Positions 8,510-18,749 of a stretch of DNA of 39,989 nt are shown in pieces. Below the pieces are notes generated by a model, which was given only the letters and a program-made list of their open reading frames with translations, made no database searches and had not been told where the DNA came from. The DNA comes from a bacterium (lineage in GTDB: Bacteria > BMS3Abin14). Numbering within the stretch: position 1 is the stretch's first letter; the number at the start of each line of letters is the position of its first letter. Both the position numbers and the translations under genes were made by a program. The stretch spans positions 1-39,989 of the forward strand of contig JBFFDD010000002.1 in NCBI GenBank assembly GCA_041559575.1, read 5' to 3'.

Positions 8510-9547
8510 TCAGCTGAATGCGTGGCTCTCCTGCTCCAGGACCCGGATGAAGGTTGTCCTCTTGGTCAGCTCTCTGAGAGCGGAAGCGCCCACGTAGGTG
8601 CAGGCTGAGCGTGTCCCCCCCAGGATGTCCTTTACTCTTTCCTCGATGGGACCCCGATAGGGAACCTCCACCGTTTTACCCTCCGAGGCCCGATAATCGG
8701 CAACGCCGCCGGAGTGCATCTCCATGGCGGTCGAAGAACTCATGCCGTAGAAGAGCTTGTAGTGCTGGCCGTCCCGTTCTACATGTTCACCGCCGCTCTC
8801 GTCATGACCGGCGAACATTCCCCCAAGCATGACGAAATCGGCGCCGGCGCCAAAGGCCTTGGCCACGTCCCCGGCGCTGACACAGCCCCCGTCCGAGATG
8901 ATGCGACCACCCAACCCGTGGGCGGCATCGGCACATTCGATGACCGCTGACAGCTGCGGATAACCCACCCCCGTCTTGACCCGGGTGATGCACACCGATC
9001 CGGAACCGATGCCCACCTTGACGATATCGGCGCCGGACAGGGTCAACTCCTCGACCATCTCACCGGTGACCACGTTTCCGGCTACGATGGTCTTGTCGGG
9101 ATAGGTGTCGCGCACCTTACGGAGGGCCTCAACAAAGATCTCGGCATAACCGTTGGCCACATCCATGCAGATGAACCTGAGGTCGGGATGGGCGGACAGG
9201 GTTTGGTCAAGCCTTTTAAGGTCCTGTTCGGCAATTCCGGTGCTGACCATGATCCGGTCGTAGATCCCCTCCTCCCTGCCTTCCAGAAACCGGGCCCACT
9301 CCTCCTCGCTGTAGTGCTTGTGGATGGCCGTAAGCATGTCGTATCGGGCCAGAACGTTGGCCACCTCAAAAGTTCCAACGGTGTCCATGTTGGAGGCGAT
9401 AACCGGTACGCCGGTCCACTCCCTGCCGCTGTGCAGGAAGGTAAAGTTCCGGTCCAGTGAAACCTGGGCACGGCTCCTGAGGGTGGACCTCTTCGGCCTG
9501 ATCAGCACTTCCTTGAAACCCAGCTTAAGATCTGTCTCCACGCGCAT
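8510..9547 (-). CDS. guaC: GMP reductase
   Basis: [24 protein letters not shown]-terminus and catalytic loop [20 protein letters not shown]. Start placed at ATG 9547, preceded by GGGGAGGTG. Confidence 0.9.
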   Translation of the reverse strand: MRVETDLKLGFKEVLIRPKRSTLRSRAQVSLDRNFTFLHSGREWTGVPVIASNMDTVGTFEVANVLARYDMLTAIHKHYSEEEWARFLEGREEGIYDRIMVSTGIAEQDLKRLDQTLSAHPDLRFICMDVANGYAEIFVEALRKVRDTYPDKTIVAGNVVTGEMVEELTLSGADIVKVGIGSGSVCITRVKTGVGYPQLSAVIECADAAHGLGGRIISDGGCVSAGDVAKAFGAGADFVMLGGMFAGHDESGGEHVERDGQHYKLFYGMSSSTAMEMHSGGVADYRASEGKTVEVPYRGPIEERVKDILGGTRSACTYVGASALRELTKRTTFIRVLEQESHAFS

Positions 9548-9630
9548 TTCACACCTCCCCAATTCTATGCCCCCACCTCTCTGTGGGAGGAAACGGGTGT
9601 AGTGGTCACCAATTAAATGTTAGCATCGGG

Positions 9631-9735
9631 TATGGAGAATGGAAAATGGCGATTGGAGATCAGAAACTGGATATTCGAGAATGGAGATGGGAAAAAGAGA
9701 GAGGAAAGCAGAAAGAATTAAGGGAAAAGGGCCAA
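9631..9735. repeat. degenerate heptamer array (AATGGAG/ATTGGAG, then GGGAAAA units), about 15 units
   Basis: Reads tatggag aatggaa aatggcg attggag atcagaa actggat attcgag aatggag atgggaa ... in one register. ATTGGAG is a circular permutation of GGAGATT, the complement of the AATCTCC family. Confidence 0.55.
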
Positions 9736-9940
9736 AAGGCGGTACCTATATTGATCCATGATCTCTCTTTACCTGTCCCGAGATGGTTCCGCTCCCTCAC
9801 TGGTGGACAAGATTACAGCAGCCAAGTTCGGGACCCGCAATGATAACTCGTCTTTTTTGGAATTTGAAATCCGGAATATAGAATCAGTTCAGCGATGGAC
9901 ATCGGGTCCTGGACGTGAGGCGCTGGACACCGAAGACTCC

Positions 9941-10861
9941 CTACCCCGCTGGCGAGAGACCCACCTTGATGAGGTCCTTTTCCTCACGCACCCAACCCTC
10001 CTGACCGTTCACACGCAAATGGAGCCAGGGTTTTTGAACCCTTAATTCCAGGGTCTTTTCACCGACAAAGCTCGCCTCAGTCAACGCTTCAATATACTCG
10101 ATGCGGCTGTCACGCTTGACCGGAACGCTGATAGTAGGGGAGTTTTCCAGCGGTTGGACGTACAGCTCCACGGGATCCGGGTCTCTGAAAAACTCCGGCA
10201 TCCGATCCTCGACGGAGAAAGTGCGAAGTCCCTCCGGAATCCTCGTCCGAGCATTCTCCAGGTCCACTGATAGAGGAACAACGACCCCGAAGTATCCCGT
10301 CCACACGGTGAAAGGTATCCGACCATCCTGGAGCCTGATCCTGCCGTTGGCCGAGGGGGAAATGCCGTTGATACCACCGTAAACAGTCAACCACTGAGTA
10401 AACGGTCTTACCTTTTCCCCCTGCCGGGTGAAGATCCGGATGCTTCTTCCCGATGCAGGAGCCGAGGGGATCGCGTCCCTCACAAGCAGGATCCCCCGCC
10501 ATGTCTCACCGACCAGGAGATAGGGGATGACGCTGAAGCTGTACTCGAAACCGGTGCTGAAACGGGGCACGTGAAATGCCTCGGCGAAGTGGACGCTTCC
10601 AGCCCTGTCCAGGATGCGGATCTCCTGAACGGTCCTCCCCCAGAGGGGGACCTGGCCCTTGGGAACCTCCTCCTGGAACTCCTCCTCATGGATCTGGACG
10701 GTGAAAGATCTGTTGCCGATAAACAGACGCTCGGACTCGGTTACTTTCCACCCAGCAGGGGTGGAGACCTCCTCACTCTCCTCCCCGATGGCTGGTCCCG
10801 TTATCATCAGGGCGAAAAGGGAACAAACAATGAGAACGTTGAATCTGTGAAAAGGTCTCAT
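9941..10861 (-). CDS. hypothetical exported protein
   Basis: Signal peptide MRPFHRFNVLIVCSLFALMITGPAIG. No recognised catalytic motif. The C-terminus (WLHLRVNGQEGWV) is faintly SH3b-like. Confidence 0.55.
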   Translation of the reverse strand: MRPFHRFNVLIVCSLFALMITGPAIGEESEEVSTPAGWKVTESERLFIGNRSFTVQIHEEEFQEEVPKGQVPLWGRTVQEIRILDRAGSVHFAEAFHVPRFSTGFEYSFSVIPYLLVGETWRGILLVRDAIPSAPASGRSIRIFTRQGEKVRPFTQWLTVYGGINGISPSANGRIRLQDGRIPFTVWTGYFGVVVPLSVDLENARTRIPEGLRTFSVEDRMPEFFRDPDPVELYVQPLENSPTISVPVKRDSRIEYIEALTEASFVGEKTLELRVQKPWLHLRVNGQEGWVREEKDLIKVGLSPAG

Positions 10862-10922
10862 TCTTCCCCTGTCAGTTTGCGGATCCGGTTATTACAGTAT
10901 TCCAGGCAGGGTTGAATCCGAA

Positions 10923-10999
10923 GTTAAAGGTTAATGGATAAAGGTAAAAGAATAAAGTCAAACTCTTTCCACTTTCATTTTTAATTTACCACTTTACAG
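10923..10999. repeat. composite 11-heptamer (77 bp) element, inverted copy of the 7235..7311 architecture
   Basis: Reads gttaaag gttaatg gataaag gtaaaag aataaag tcaaact ctttcca ctttcat ttttaat ttaccac tttacag. 10923..10943 matches the reverse complement of 7277..7297 at 20 of 21 positions. Confidence 0.85.
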
Positions 11000-11110
11000 T
11001 CGAATTTAATTCTTTCCTAAAAACCCTTGCCGATAAAAAACCGGCTGTTTTTAATGGTTCGATAATTGTTATAATTCGCCAGGTGTTTTAGCCCACTGAG
11101 GGACTCTTTC

Positions 11111-11899
11111 ATGGATCCACTGAATCCGAAAAAGAAAAGACAGCTGAAATACCGAAATCTATTGATGCATTCGGACAGAGACGGAAATGATCAGTTCATG
11201 CCTCCCCTGAAACGGGAAAAATCCTGGATAGACCTGATCGTTCTCAAGCTCACGCCGAAACTGCTGGTTTTCGTTCTCATCGTCGGCCTTTCCCTGTCGA
11301 CCCTGGTTCTTGGGCTCACAGTTTACCGGGGAGGAACCGTCCAGACCTCCCTTTTCAGACTTGACACCGCCGGTTCCCAGAGCGCGGCTATTTTGAACCT
11401 TGAATCGGAGAACGCCCGGTTGACAGAGGAACTCCAATCGAAAAAACCTCCAGGGGGTCCGACCAACAGGGGGCCGTCCATCAGCCTTAATCAGGTCAAC
11501 GAGATCCTGGGAGAAGACCTGGATTCCTACCAGGCACTCGAGCGGCTCCGGGCAATGGTTCAGACCGAGCGTCGCATGATCGATCTCGAATCCAACTTCT
11601 ACTACAGGCTCTTCCTTCTTGAGCGGGAGATCAGGAAATATGGGGATTTCATCGCCACTCACATCGACAGGCCAGAGCGCATCGGAGCCTACATGCTGAT
11701 CCAGTCCGTCCTCGAGGACCTGGAGTTCTACGAAGGAGAGATCGATGGCGACCAGGGCGCGACCGCCCAGGCACTGGTCAGGTTTCAGAGCGACTATAAC
11801 GGGCTGGTTGAGAAGGCTCAACGGCTGACTCCGTTGGGATACCTTGGATACCGGACCCTGGAGGCGCTCAGGAGCCGTTACCGCTCCGGTGAGCCGTGA
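11111..11899 (+). CDS. hypothetical membrane-anchored protein with C-terminal peptidoglycan-binding-like motif
   Basis: One TM segment (LLVFVLIVGLSLSTLVLGLTVY) and a coiled-coil-like middle. The C-terminal YEGEIDGDQGATAQALVRFQSDYNGL resembles the PG_binding_1 pattern (DG..G..T..A...FQ...GL). RBS GAGGGA. Confidence 0.55.
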   Translation: MDPLNPKKKRQLKYRNLLMHSDRDGNDQFMPPLKREKSWIDLIVLKLTPKLLVFVLIVGLSLSTLVLGLTVYRGGTVQTSLFRLDTAGSQSAAILNLESENARLTEELQSKKPPGGPTNRGPSISLNQVNEILGEDLDSYQALERLRAMVQTERRMIDLESNFYYRLFLLEREIRKYGDFIATHIDRPERIGAYMLIQSVLEDLEFYEGEIDGDQGATAQALVRFQSDYNGLVEKAQRLTPLGYLGYRTLEALRSRYRSGEP

Positions 11900-12656
11900 T
11901 ATTTGAATTAATTTCTTTACCCTTCACTCCCCTGATCACCAACACCGTTCCTATGACCAGGAGCACGATGGAGAAGTACTGACCCGGCGTGAGTCCCCAC
12001 CACGTCCGGTCATCCACCCGGAGGCCATCGAAGAAGATCCTCATCGGCGCGTAGAGAAAGATGACAAGGGCGATGTGGAACCCCTCGAAGAGCCTCTGTT
12101 TTCTGAACCCGTAAAGGAACAGGCAGATAAACAGGGTCCAGATCATCTCGTAGAAACCGAGATTGTGTCTCACCACACCCGCTCTGTCGGCCATGCCCAG
12201 TATGAAACCCGTCTTACGGCCGGGATGGTCGAAGACGACCGTGCAGCCCATCCTGGCAACCACCCAGGCCGGAACGAGGCCGAACAAGAGGGACTCGATG
12301 TATCCAAGAACAGGGACTTTTTTCCCCCGGAGGCAGAGGTAAGCACCCAGAGCCCCCCCGAAAAAACCCCCGTAGGAGGAGATGCCCTTCCAGACCAACA
12401 GAAGGATGATCGGTCTCTCGACGATCAGCCCGGGGTTATAGAAAACTGTCCAGAACAGATGGGCACCGATAAATCCCGAAACGACAGCCCAGAAAATAGC
12501 GTCGGCCATGATCTTGTCGTCCATGCCGATCCGTCTTGCCCGACGCACAGACAGCCAGTAGCCGAGGACGATGGAAGTGGCAACAAGCACTCCGAAGGGC
12601 CTGATGGCGAAGGGGCCGAATATCTTCAACTCAGGTATGTTCAGATAGGGCAGCAT
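11868..12656 (-). CDS. lgt: prolipoprotein diacylglyceryl transferase
   Basis: 262-aa polytopic protein with an Lgt-like N-terminus (FGPFAIRPFGVLVATSIVLGYWL) and overall pattern. Confidence 0.8.
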   Translation of the reverse strand: MLPYLNIPELKIFGPFAIRPFGVLVATSIVLGYWLSVRRARRIGMDDKIMADAIFWAVVSGFIGAHLFWTVFYNPGLIVERPIILLLVWKGISSYGGFFGGALGAYLCLRGKKVPVLGYIESLLFGLVPAWVVARMGCTVVFDHPGRKTGFILGMADRAGVVRHNLGFYEMIWTLFICLFLYGFRKQRLFEGFHIALVIFLYAPMRIFFDGLRVDDRTWWGLTPGQYFSIVLLVIGTVLVIRGVKGKEINSNITAHRSGNGS

Positions 12657-12933
12657 TAAGGGGCTTCCGTTGTCAATGGTTGCACCGGGTCCGGTAAATA
12701 CCGGACCAGGTGTCAGGGTACCGTTTGACGGTTAATGCGGCAAGAACGGAAACAGATGAATTTTCCATTGAATCCCCCTTAAACAGCGTCAGGGCAGGCG
12801 GAGCAAAGGAGAAATAGTTGATCTTGGATTTTGGACCCGCCTTCGCCAACCGACTCCGCTAAAGCTTCCGTCTTCGCCCGTTGAGCTATGACGGGACAGG
12901 TCGACGGTCAAGAGGCTACGGCGTGGCAAGCTC

Positions 12934-12968
12934 TGGATTTTGGACTTTGCAATGTGGGATTTTGAATT
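12934..12968. repeat. heptamer array (TGGATTT / TTTTGGA family), 5 units, abutting a stop codon
   Basis: Reads tggattt tggactt tgcaatg tgggatt ttgaatt. ggattttggac also occurs at 12826..12836 and is the complement of gtccaaaatcc at 18733..18743 region and 24208..24218 region. Confidence 0.6.
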
Positions 12969-12974
12969 CGCCTC

Positions 12975-13787
12975 TCATCCTTCCGGAATAGCATCCTCGC
13001 ACGGCACATCCGTCTGGCACAGGCCGCACCCCAACTCGGAAACACCGTACTCCTCCTTGAGAGCCTGGAAACCAGGGCCGGATGTGTACCGCTGGCATAG
13101 GTGCTTGTCGTGCCCATCCAGGGAGATGGCGCCCACCGGGCAGCGCTGTATGCAGACGCCGCATTCCAGGCCCCTGCACGTCAGACAGTTCTCCCGGTAG
13201 TCCCTGTAGGGTCGCGCGCTGGGTTCCATGACAAAGTCCGTTATCACGCTCCCGCACCGGTGGGCGATGCCTCGGGGTGTTATCAGACCGTCGTTGAGGC
13301 TGAAGGTACCCAGGCCGGCGGCGTAAGCCGCGTGCCGCTCGGACCAGGTGGACGCCAATCCGATCCGGGGGTCATCGACCCTGGCCCATCCATCGGCCAG
13401 CATCGGGGCGACCGCGTGACAACCGCGGGAGATGAGGAACCGGACCACCGCTTTTCGCAGCTCATCGTTGAACCTCTCCCCGAAGTTCCGGGTCCTTCCC
13501 CACTCCAAGGACGGGTATCTGTCCTGTTTTCGATTACTCACCCTGGTTCGTTCTGTAATGGGGAGGATCCAGCTGACCACCGTTCCCTCGTCCCGCCCGA
13601 GAATCTCAGTGGGCGCCCAGTGGAAAGGGCCGATTATGTCCTTGTACCCATCAAAGAGGGGATCTGTCGCAGAAGCGAAGCCCACCAACGGCGTGTCGAA
13701 GTAAGCTTGGCCCTCCGAGAAGCGGTTTGCGGGATGCTCCCTGGTGAGCCGCTCGATCTCCTCATGGAGCTCTGTTTTAAGATCCAT
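12975..13787 (-). CDS. 4Fe-4S dicluster protein, epoxyqueuosine reductase (QueG)/reductive dehalogenase-like
   Basis: Cys clusters CLTCRGLECGVCIQRCP and CGLCQTDVPC. Start placed at ATG 13787 (MDLKTELHEEI) with AAGAGG upstream. Confidence 0.6.
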   Translation of the reverse strand: MDLKTELHEEIERLTREHPANRFSEGQAYFDTPLVGFASATDPLFDGYKDIIGPFHWAPTEILGRDEGTVVSWILPITERTRVSNRKQDRYPSLEWGRTRNFGERFNDELRKAVVRFLISRGCHAVAPMLADGWARVDDPRIGLASTWSERHAAYAAGLGTFSLNDGLITPRGIAHRCGSVITDFVMEPSARPYRDYRENCLTCRGLECGVCIQRCPVGAISLDGHDKHLCQRYTSGPGFQALKEEYGVSELGCGLCQTDVPCEDAIPEG

Positions 13788-14064
13788 GGTTTGCCTCTTG
13801 TCCGGTTGGGAGGTATGAATGATTCTAAAATTGTAAAGATTATGGGGGAAAGGTAAAAGGAGAAAGGTCAATGGAGCCTCCGCTGACTTTTTGCCTCTAC
13901 ACTTTCCTCGACATTACCCCTTCTGTGCCCCCTGTGGAGTAGACCCTGAACTCTTTCTCGGCGAACCTTGGCTCCCGCGGCGAGGCTGAAAGCCAAGCCG
14001 GTCGGCTTTGCGAGAGACAGCCTTCCGGTGCGAATTATGGAGATGAACCTGGTTTTTCCGAGGA

Positions 14065-15204
14065 TCAGAACCGGTTCAGGACCTCCAGGAGCCGGTCCAT
14101 CTCCTCGGCCGTATTGAACAGATGGGCGGAGACTCGCAATTTTCCCTTGCGCAAGCCGACATCGATCCCTTCCACCCGAAGCTTCTCGAAAATCTCCCTG
14201 TTCCGTGCCGGTTCGCGGTGGGTCAGGATCACCAGGGTGGAGCGGCCGGGCCCCCTCTCGGGGCTGACCAGGCTGTAAAGGCCCCGGTCCACCCCGGCGA
14301 TCAGGCGGTCCACCAGCCCCTGGTTGTGGGATGCGATCCTGTCGATACCGGTCTCCAGGAGATATTCCACCGCGGCCGTCCAGGGGTAAAAGTTGAGGAA
14401 ATTTGCCGTACCGAAGACATCATACCTGCTGGCGCCCGGATCCTCTCTGAAGGTCAGATCAGCATTTTCCTTCAGGAGATAATCCTTTTTCAACTCCGTT
14501 GCCCAGTAGGCGTGGTTGTAATGAAGGGTGTCCAGGAGTTTCGGGCGGACCCAGGCGAAACCTGTCCCGTAGGGTCCGCAGAGCCACTTGTAGCCCACGC
14601 AGGTCATGGCGTCCACGGGAACAGCGGTCAGATCCAGCGACCGGGCGCCCAGGGCGTGTGAGCCGTTGAGGACGAACACGACCCCCTGTGTGGCGCAGAC
14701 CTCCCCCAGGGACAGGGGATCGGCCGTAAACCCCGAAAAGGAGTGCACCCAGCTGGTACAGAACAGCCTGGTAGACGGCGTCAGGCATGCCCTCAGCTCG
14801 TCGGCGTCGGGCAGGGTATTCTTCGGCTCCATGTACCGGATCCGGACACCTTTTTGCTCCAGTGCCAGCCAGGGGAGGATATCGGTGGGGAAATCCCCTT
14901 TGACCAGGAGGATCTCGTCTCCCTCCCGCCACGGGATGCCGTTGGCCAGCAGGTGGATCCCGTAGGTAGCGCTGTTGCCGAGGATCACCTGTTCGGCCGC
15001 TACGCCGATGAGCCTTCCCAGGGCCTGCCGCAGCCGGCGGGGTACCCGGCGGAACAGGTCGAGGGTCATCAGATGAGGCGAGACCTTCCAGGCGATGGCC
15101 TCCGTCGCCCGCTCGGCGGCCACCCTGGGAAGGGGCCCCTGTTGAGCGCTGTTCAACCACACCCTCCCCTGAAAGGGCCCGAAGTCCTTCGAGTAATCGG
15201 CCAT
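14065..15204 (-). CDS. aminotransferase class V-fold PLP-dependent enzyme (cysteine desulfurase/kynureninase-like)
   Basis: About 379 aa with a candidate PLP-lysine region CVGYKWLCGPYGTG. Start at ATG 15204 (MADYSKDF) is preceded by GGAGAC. Confidence 0.75.
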   Translation of the reverse strand: MADYSKDFGPFQGRVWLNSAQQGPLPRVAAERATEAIAWKVSPHLMTLDLFRRVPRRLRQALGRLIGVAAEQVILGNSATYGIHLLANGIPWREGDEILLVKGDFPTDILPWLALEQKGVRIRYMEPKNTLPDADELRACLTPSTRLFCTSWVHSFSGFTADPLSLGEVCATQGVVFVLNGSHALGARSLDLTAVPVDAMTCVGYKWLCGPYGTGFAWVRPKLLDTLHYNHAYWATELKKDYLLKENADLTFREDPGASRYDVFGTANFLNFYPWTAAVEYLLETGIDRIASHNQGLVDRLIAGVDRGLYSLVSPERGPGRSTLVILTHREPARNREIFEKLRVEGIDVGLRKGKLRVSAHLFNTAEEMDRLLEVLNRF

Positions 15205-15442
15205 GGGGACGTCTCCAATTTCGCGCAAAGGTCAGGGCTGGGGATAGGTGCAGAAATATATGCGTTTCCCCTTTGACCTTCGCAAAAATGTTTGGTCGAA
15301 TATACCACGCCTGATCGCCACCACCTACTCAACTTCCCTGGGCATCGGTCGGTAAATGTTTGGTGATGGATAAAGAATTATTACCAGGCAAAGACTATTT
15401 TGTATCGTTTTGGATTCCTCTCGCCAGGGAGGGGCACGGGGC

Positions 15443-15475
15443 CAAAAAAAAACGGCCCACCGTTGTGGGCCGTTT
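15443..15475 (-). terminator. rho-independent terminator of the three-gene membrane operon
   Basis: On the minus strand, acggcccac / gtgggccgt forms a 9-bp stem with a 4-nt loop, followed directly by a run of nine T. Confidence 0.85.
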
Positions 15476-15499
15476 GGGGATCGAATTTCCAGCAGGTGC

Positions 15500-15682
15500 C
15501 TACCGCTGCGCCTGTTTCTCCTTGTCGAACATGGAGCCGACCATCACGATCGCTCCGATCCCAATGGCGATGTACCCGTAGTCGATGTTCGTCCCGCGCA
15601 GGACCAGCATACTGCCTGCGGATACATGGTTATAGACGATGACTCCGATTCCAATCACGATCCAGATCAGTCCTTTTTTCAT
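15500..15682 (-). CDS. small (60 aa) two-TM membrane protein
   Basis: MKKGLIWIVIGIGVIVYNH...YIAIGIGAIVMVGSMFDKEKQAQR. A strong RBS AAGGGAGGG lies 5 nt upstream of ATG 15682. The longer 124-aa ORF in the track has no support. Confidence 0.7.
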   Translation of the reverse strand: MKKGLIWIVIGIGVIVYNHVSAGSMLVLRGTNIDYGYIAIGIGAIVMVGSMFDKEKQAQR

Positions 15683-15804
15683 GAGACCCTCCCTTATCGA
15701 TGAACCTGTTCTCAGAGCTTCGTTAACTCCGACTTTATATTCCCAAGGGCGGTCCCCCTCATTCACGGGCCGACCGTCCATGTGGACACGGTTAATCGCT
15801 CCCT

Positions 15805-16908
15805 TCAGATCGGCTTCAGGGCAACCTGACAATCGGAGCACATTACCAAACCCTCCCTGTACTGAGCCCCGCACAGGGGGCAGTACCCGGCAGCATGTTC
15901 ATCAGCCCGATCACGCACAAAGTCACCGTCACTGATCTCGACACCGGAGATCCCGGCCAGGTTCCTCATGAACCCTTGCCTGTTCTGCCAGTAACCCACC
16001 AGGTCCCCCGGACCTCCAAGCCGGGCTGAAAAGGAGGCTCTTTGCAGCTCGTCCCGAAGAACGGTTCCCAACCTGTCCGGCACCAGAAGCGCGGCCAGGG
16101 TGAGATGGTCGAAACCGGACAGAACGTCCCTGGTCAGCTTGCTGACCGCGTGGGCAGCACCAACGGGCAGCAGGAGAAGCCCGGCCACAGCCTCGACCCT
16201 CTCCCACTTCCCCTGCGGGAAAAATTTCGCGTGGGTCCTGGCGAACAGGATCAGGATCAGGATGTAGACGGATAGTAGCGTGGCCGCCAGGGGTACGGTC
16301 ATGGGTAACAGAACCCGCCCAGACAGGGTCAGAGGAAGAAGAAGGAAAAGACCGGCAAAGAAAAAAGTGGACCAGAATTCCAGAGGGGCAAGGTCCTGGC
16401 GGATACCGTCCAATTCCTCTCGAGCCCGGCCCAGTTCAGCTGGAGCCGATACCATTGCCCCAATCCTTTCCTCCCGGGACTGCGCGGGGAGTTCCCTGAT
16501 CTCATCGACCGCTGAAAAAATCCGGCGGGCCGCATTGGCAGAGGGCATGGAAATGGACCATTTGCCGTTCACACGTAAGGTCCTCCCCTCAACGGATACG
16601 GTCTCGATGTCCTCATAGGACACGAAGACAAAATCCTCCTCGGACCAGGGTCTGGGATGGTGACTGCCGCTGTATCTCGGAAGGTAGATCCCCGACTCGG
16701 TCAGGGGCACCGGGACATTGTGGGATATGACCTTCCAGGAAACGGGCAGGATTGCCGTGAGGGTCAGGCCAGAATTTTTAAGGACCGTTTTACCGGTGAT
16801 CCTGGATGTGAACAGCGGATGCCCGGGGCGCACGACGGTCAGACAATCGGCGACATAGAGAATGACGAGGTACGGGAACAGCAATTTGAGAAGATGTTGG
16901 ATGTCCAT
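15805..16908 (-). CDS. hypothetical polytopic membrane protein with C-terminal zinc-ribbon
   Basis: Several TM segments and a terminal CPLCGAQYREGLVMCSDCQ (CxxC...CxxC). No family recognised. Confidence 0.55.
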   Translation of the reverse strand: MDIQHLLKLLFPYLVILYVADCLTVVRPGHPLFTSRITGKTVLKNSGLTLTAILPVSWKVISHNVPVPLTESGIYLPRYSGSHHPRPWSEEDFVFVSYEDIETVSVEGRTLRVNGKWSISMPSANAARRIFSAVDEIRELPAQSREERIGAMVSAPAELGRAREELDGIRQDLAPLEFWSTFFFAGLFLLLPLTLSGRVLLPMTVPLAATLLSVYILILILFARTHAKFFPQGKWERVEAVAGLLLLPVGAAHAVSKLTRDVLSGFDHLTLAALLVPDRLGTVLRDELQRASFSARLGGPGDLVGYWQNRQGFMRNLAGISGVEISDGDFVRDRADEHAAGYCPLCGAQYREGLVMCSDCQVALKPI

Positions 16909-16983
16909 AGATAATCAGTGTCCTTGTCGCCTCACAGGAGAGCGAACTCCGCTCGTCAACGGAATTGATCAGCCCGTTCGGGT

Positions 16984-17883
16984 CTACGAATCGGGTGTCG
17001 TCCTCATGGTCGTTCGGTCCTCGGAGACGAATATTCCCTTGATAAATCTCCAGATGGCGGTGAAAAACGCCGCGATACCGACAAAGATGGCCTTCCAGGC
17101 CTTGGCCAGGGCCTGGAACAGCCCCAGCTTGGCCGCCGCGGCGCCCGCTCCCCCCGCGACCAGGGCTGTCAGGCCTATCTGGGCGACCTTGTCCCCCTGA
17201 ACATATTCGAGGTAACTGTTGCCGGTCTTGTAGTTGAAGTTGGCGATCATGGAATCCACCATTGGCTTGTACGCGGAGAGGGTGTCCGGATCGGTCACCA
17301 GGATCGCTGAGGAGTATCCGCCCCGTCCGAGGAGACGGACGTTGTAATTGACCACCTGACGGCCCTCACTCTCGGCCAGCATGGCCCAGGTGAGGTTGTG
17401 AGTGGCTTCGTCGTAATGGGGTTCCTCATACCAGCCGGTTATGTGCAAGGGAGGCGCTCCCAGTTTCTCCCTCTGCTTGTTCCCCTCTGCCGTGCCCTTG
17501 CGGTAGCTTTCCAGGATCGCGTCGCCATCGATCTCATCCCGGTCATCATCCCGGACATAGCCTACCGGGAAGTACTCCAGGACCATAAACCAGTTCTGGT
17601 TCTCATCCTTGGGGACAACAATACCCATCTCGGCTTCGGTTGGCGGATTGCCGTAATACTCCATGATCAGCCTGGTATCCTCCGGCCCGGCGAAAAGATA
17701 GTCCTCACCTATGTTCATCTCGGCCAATTTTTCCCCCAGATCGACCCGAGCCGGTCCATCTACCCACTGGATCTGACGCTGCTCCTCACCGCTACTTTCC
17801 GAAGCGATGGCCGGACCGGCCGGCCCTGTTGTCAGTCCAGCGACAATCCACAGGACCTTGACCACATTCATCAGCCCTTTCAT
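16984..17883 (-). CDS. DUF2167-like membrane-anchored protein
   Basis: Signal peptide, a globular domain (QWVDGPARVDLGEKLAEMNIGEDYLF...NWFMVLEYFPVGYV) resembling DUF2167 as I recall it, and a C-terminal TM anchor. Strong RBS GAAGGAGGG. Confidence 0.6.
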   Translation of the reverse strand: MKGLMNVVKVLWIVAGLTTGPAGPAIASESSGEEQRQIQWVDGPARVDLGEKLAEMNIGEDYLFAGPEDTRLIMEYYGNPPTEAEMGIVVPKDENQNWFMVLEYFPVGYVRDDDRDEIDGDAILESYRKGTAEGNKQREKLGAPPLHITGWYEEPHYDEATHNLTWAMLAESEGRQVVNYNVRLLGRGGYSSAILVTDPDTLSAYKPMVDSMIANFNYKTGNSYLEYVQGDKVAQIGLTALVAGGAGAAAAKLGLFQALAKAWKAIFVGIAAFFTAIWRFIKGIFVSEDRTTMRTTPDS

Positions 17884-18387
17884 TTCAGCCCTCCTTCACA
17901 GGCTTGTTCACCCACAATCAAATACCCTTTCGAGCCTTTAGGTCTGCAATGAGGATGCCATGGAGGGGGAAAATATTGAGAATGCAAGTCACTGAATTTT
18001 AATAAGTTTTACACAGAACTGACGGACAGGGTTATCGGGACGGGGAGGCCTGAAGCGGAAAATCCAGGGTTAACGACAAAAATTGTCAACCGGGATGCGT
18101 GGTAAGAATGTCACCCGAGGTGTTGCTGAATTGCCACACAATGGACACAATGGAGCCGAGAAGGCGTACGGAACCTCGGCCCTCATGGCGACTTCCGGCT
18201 GGATCAACCGACAACCGGTCAGAATCTTCTATCCGAAAAAAAACATTAATAATGAACTGTTTACCGGCCTTAATCGGATCGCTGTCCCTTCGTCATGGAG
18301 GTTCTATCTCCCGGAGCTGGGAGTTCGCAAGGGCATTTCACGTCCCGACCAGCCGCGGCACGTTTGTTGCTAGATGGACCAACAGAT

Positions 18388-18663
18388 ATGATTCATAATT
18401 CACGCGAGAGCAAGACAGAGCAGACCCGATCCTGCGAAACACTGGAAAGGGTCGTTGAGATCTCCGCCAGAGACCAGGAGAGGGCCGCCAGACTGGTTGC
18501 GCGCTCCTTCTTCAAGATCCTGCGCGGCAACGGTTTTACCCGAAACCAGATCATCAACGTGGCCGAACATCTTCTCGACGGGCTGATCGATGAGATGAGA
18601 GAGCCCGTGGGCGGGGAGGACGGGATTCGGGAGAGACCGGAGCTAAGGGTAGCGGGGAAATAA
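18388..18663 (+). CDS. small hypothetical helical protein (91 aa)
   Basis: Protein-like composition (ERAARLVARSFFKILRGNGFTRNQIINVAEHLLDGLIDEM). No clear RBS. Start uncertain (18295 or 18388). Confidence 0.4.
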   Translation: MIHNSRESKTEQTRSCETLERVVEISARDQERAARLVARSFFKILRGNGFTRNQIINVAEHLLDGLIDEMREPVGGEDGIRERPELRVAGK

Positions 18664-18672
18664 TTCTTCCGG

Positions 18673-18749
18673 GAAATTATGGATTGGAAATTGAAGATTC
18701 CGGGTTGATGGTCATTTCGATCCAAAATCCAAAGTCCAAAATGTTAAAT
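18673..18749. repeat. heptamer array (GGATTGR then TCCAAAA families), 11 units
   Basis: Reads gaaatta tggattg gaaattg aagattc ... ccaaaat ccaaagt ccaaaat gttaaat. 18721..18742 (tccaaaatccaaagtccaaaat) matches 24195..24216 at 21 of 22 positions. Confidence 0.7.

Noticed and set aside
11868-11899. 32-bp convergent overlap of the PG-binding-like gene and lgt as a possible annotation error or antisense regulation
   Set aside because: Only the poorly conserved C-terminal tails overlap. This is common in compact genomes and there is nothing further to support a regulatory role.
12835-12910. GC-rich segment with catagctcaacggg (reverse strand) looked tRNA-like
   Set aside because: I could not build a cloverleaf: there is no T-loop GTTCRANYC motif and no matching acceptor stem. 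It more likely belongs to GC-rich intergenic repeat material.
15500-15874. 124-aa version of the small membrane protein ORF from the track
   Set aside because: The upstream 64 codons overlap the 3-prime end of the preceding gene and lack a start context. The strong RBS AAGGGAGGG sits in front of the internal ATG at 15682.
18083-18398. Overlapping 96-99-aa plus-strand ORFs in the long spacer
   Set aside because: They are two mutually overlapping frames with no RBS and Arg/Ser/Pro-rich composition, and neither resembles a known domain.
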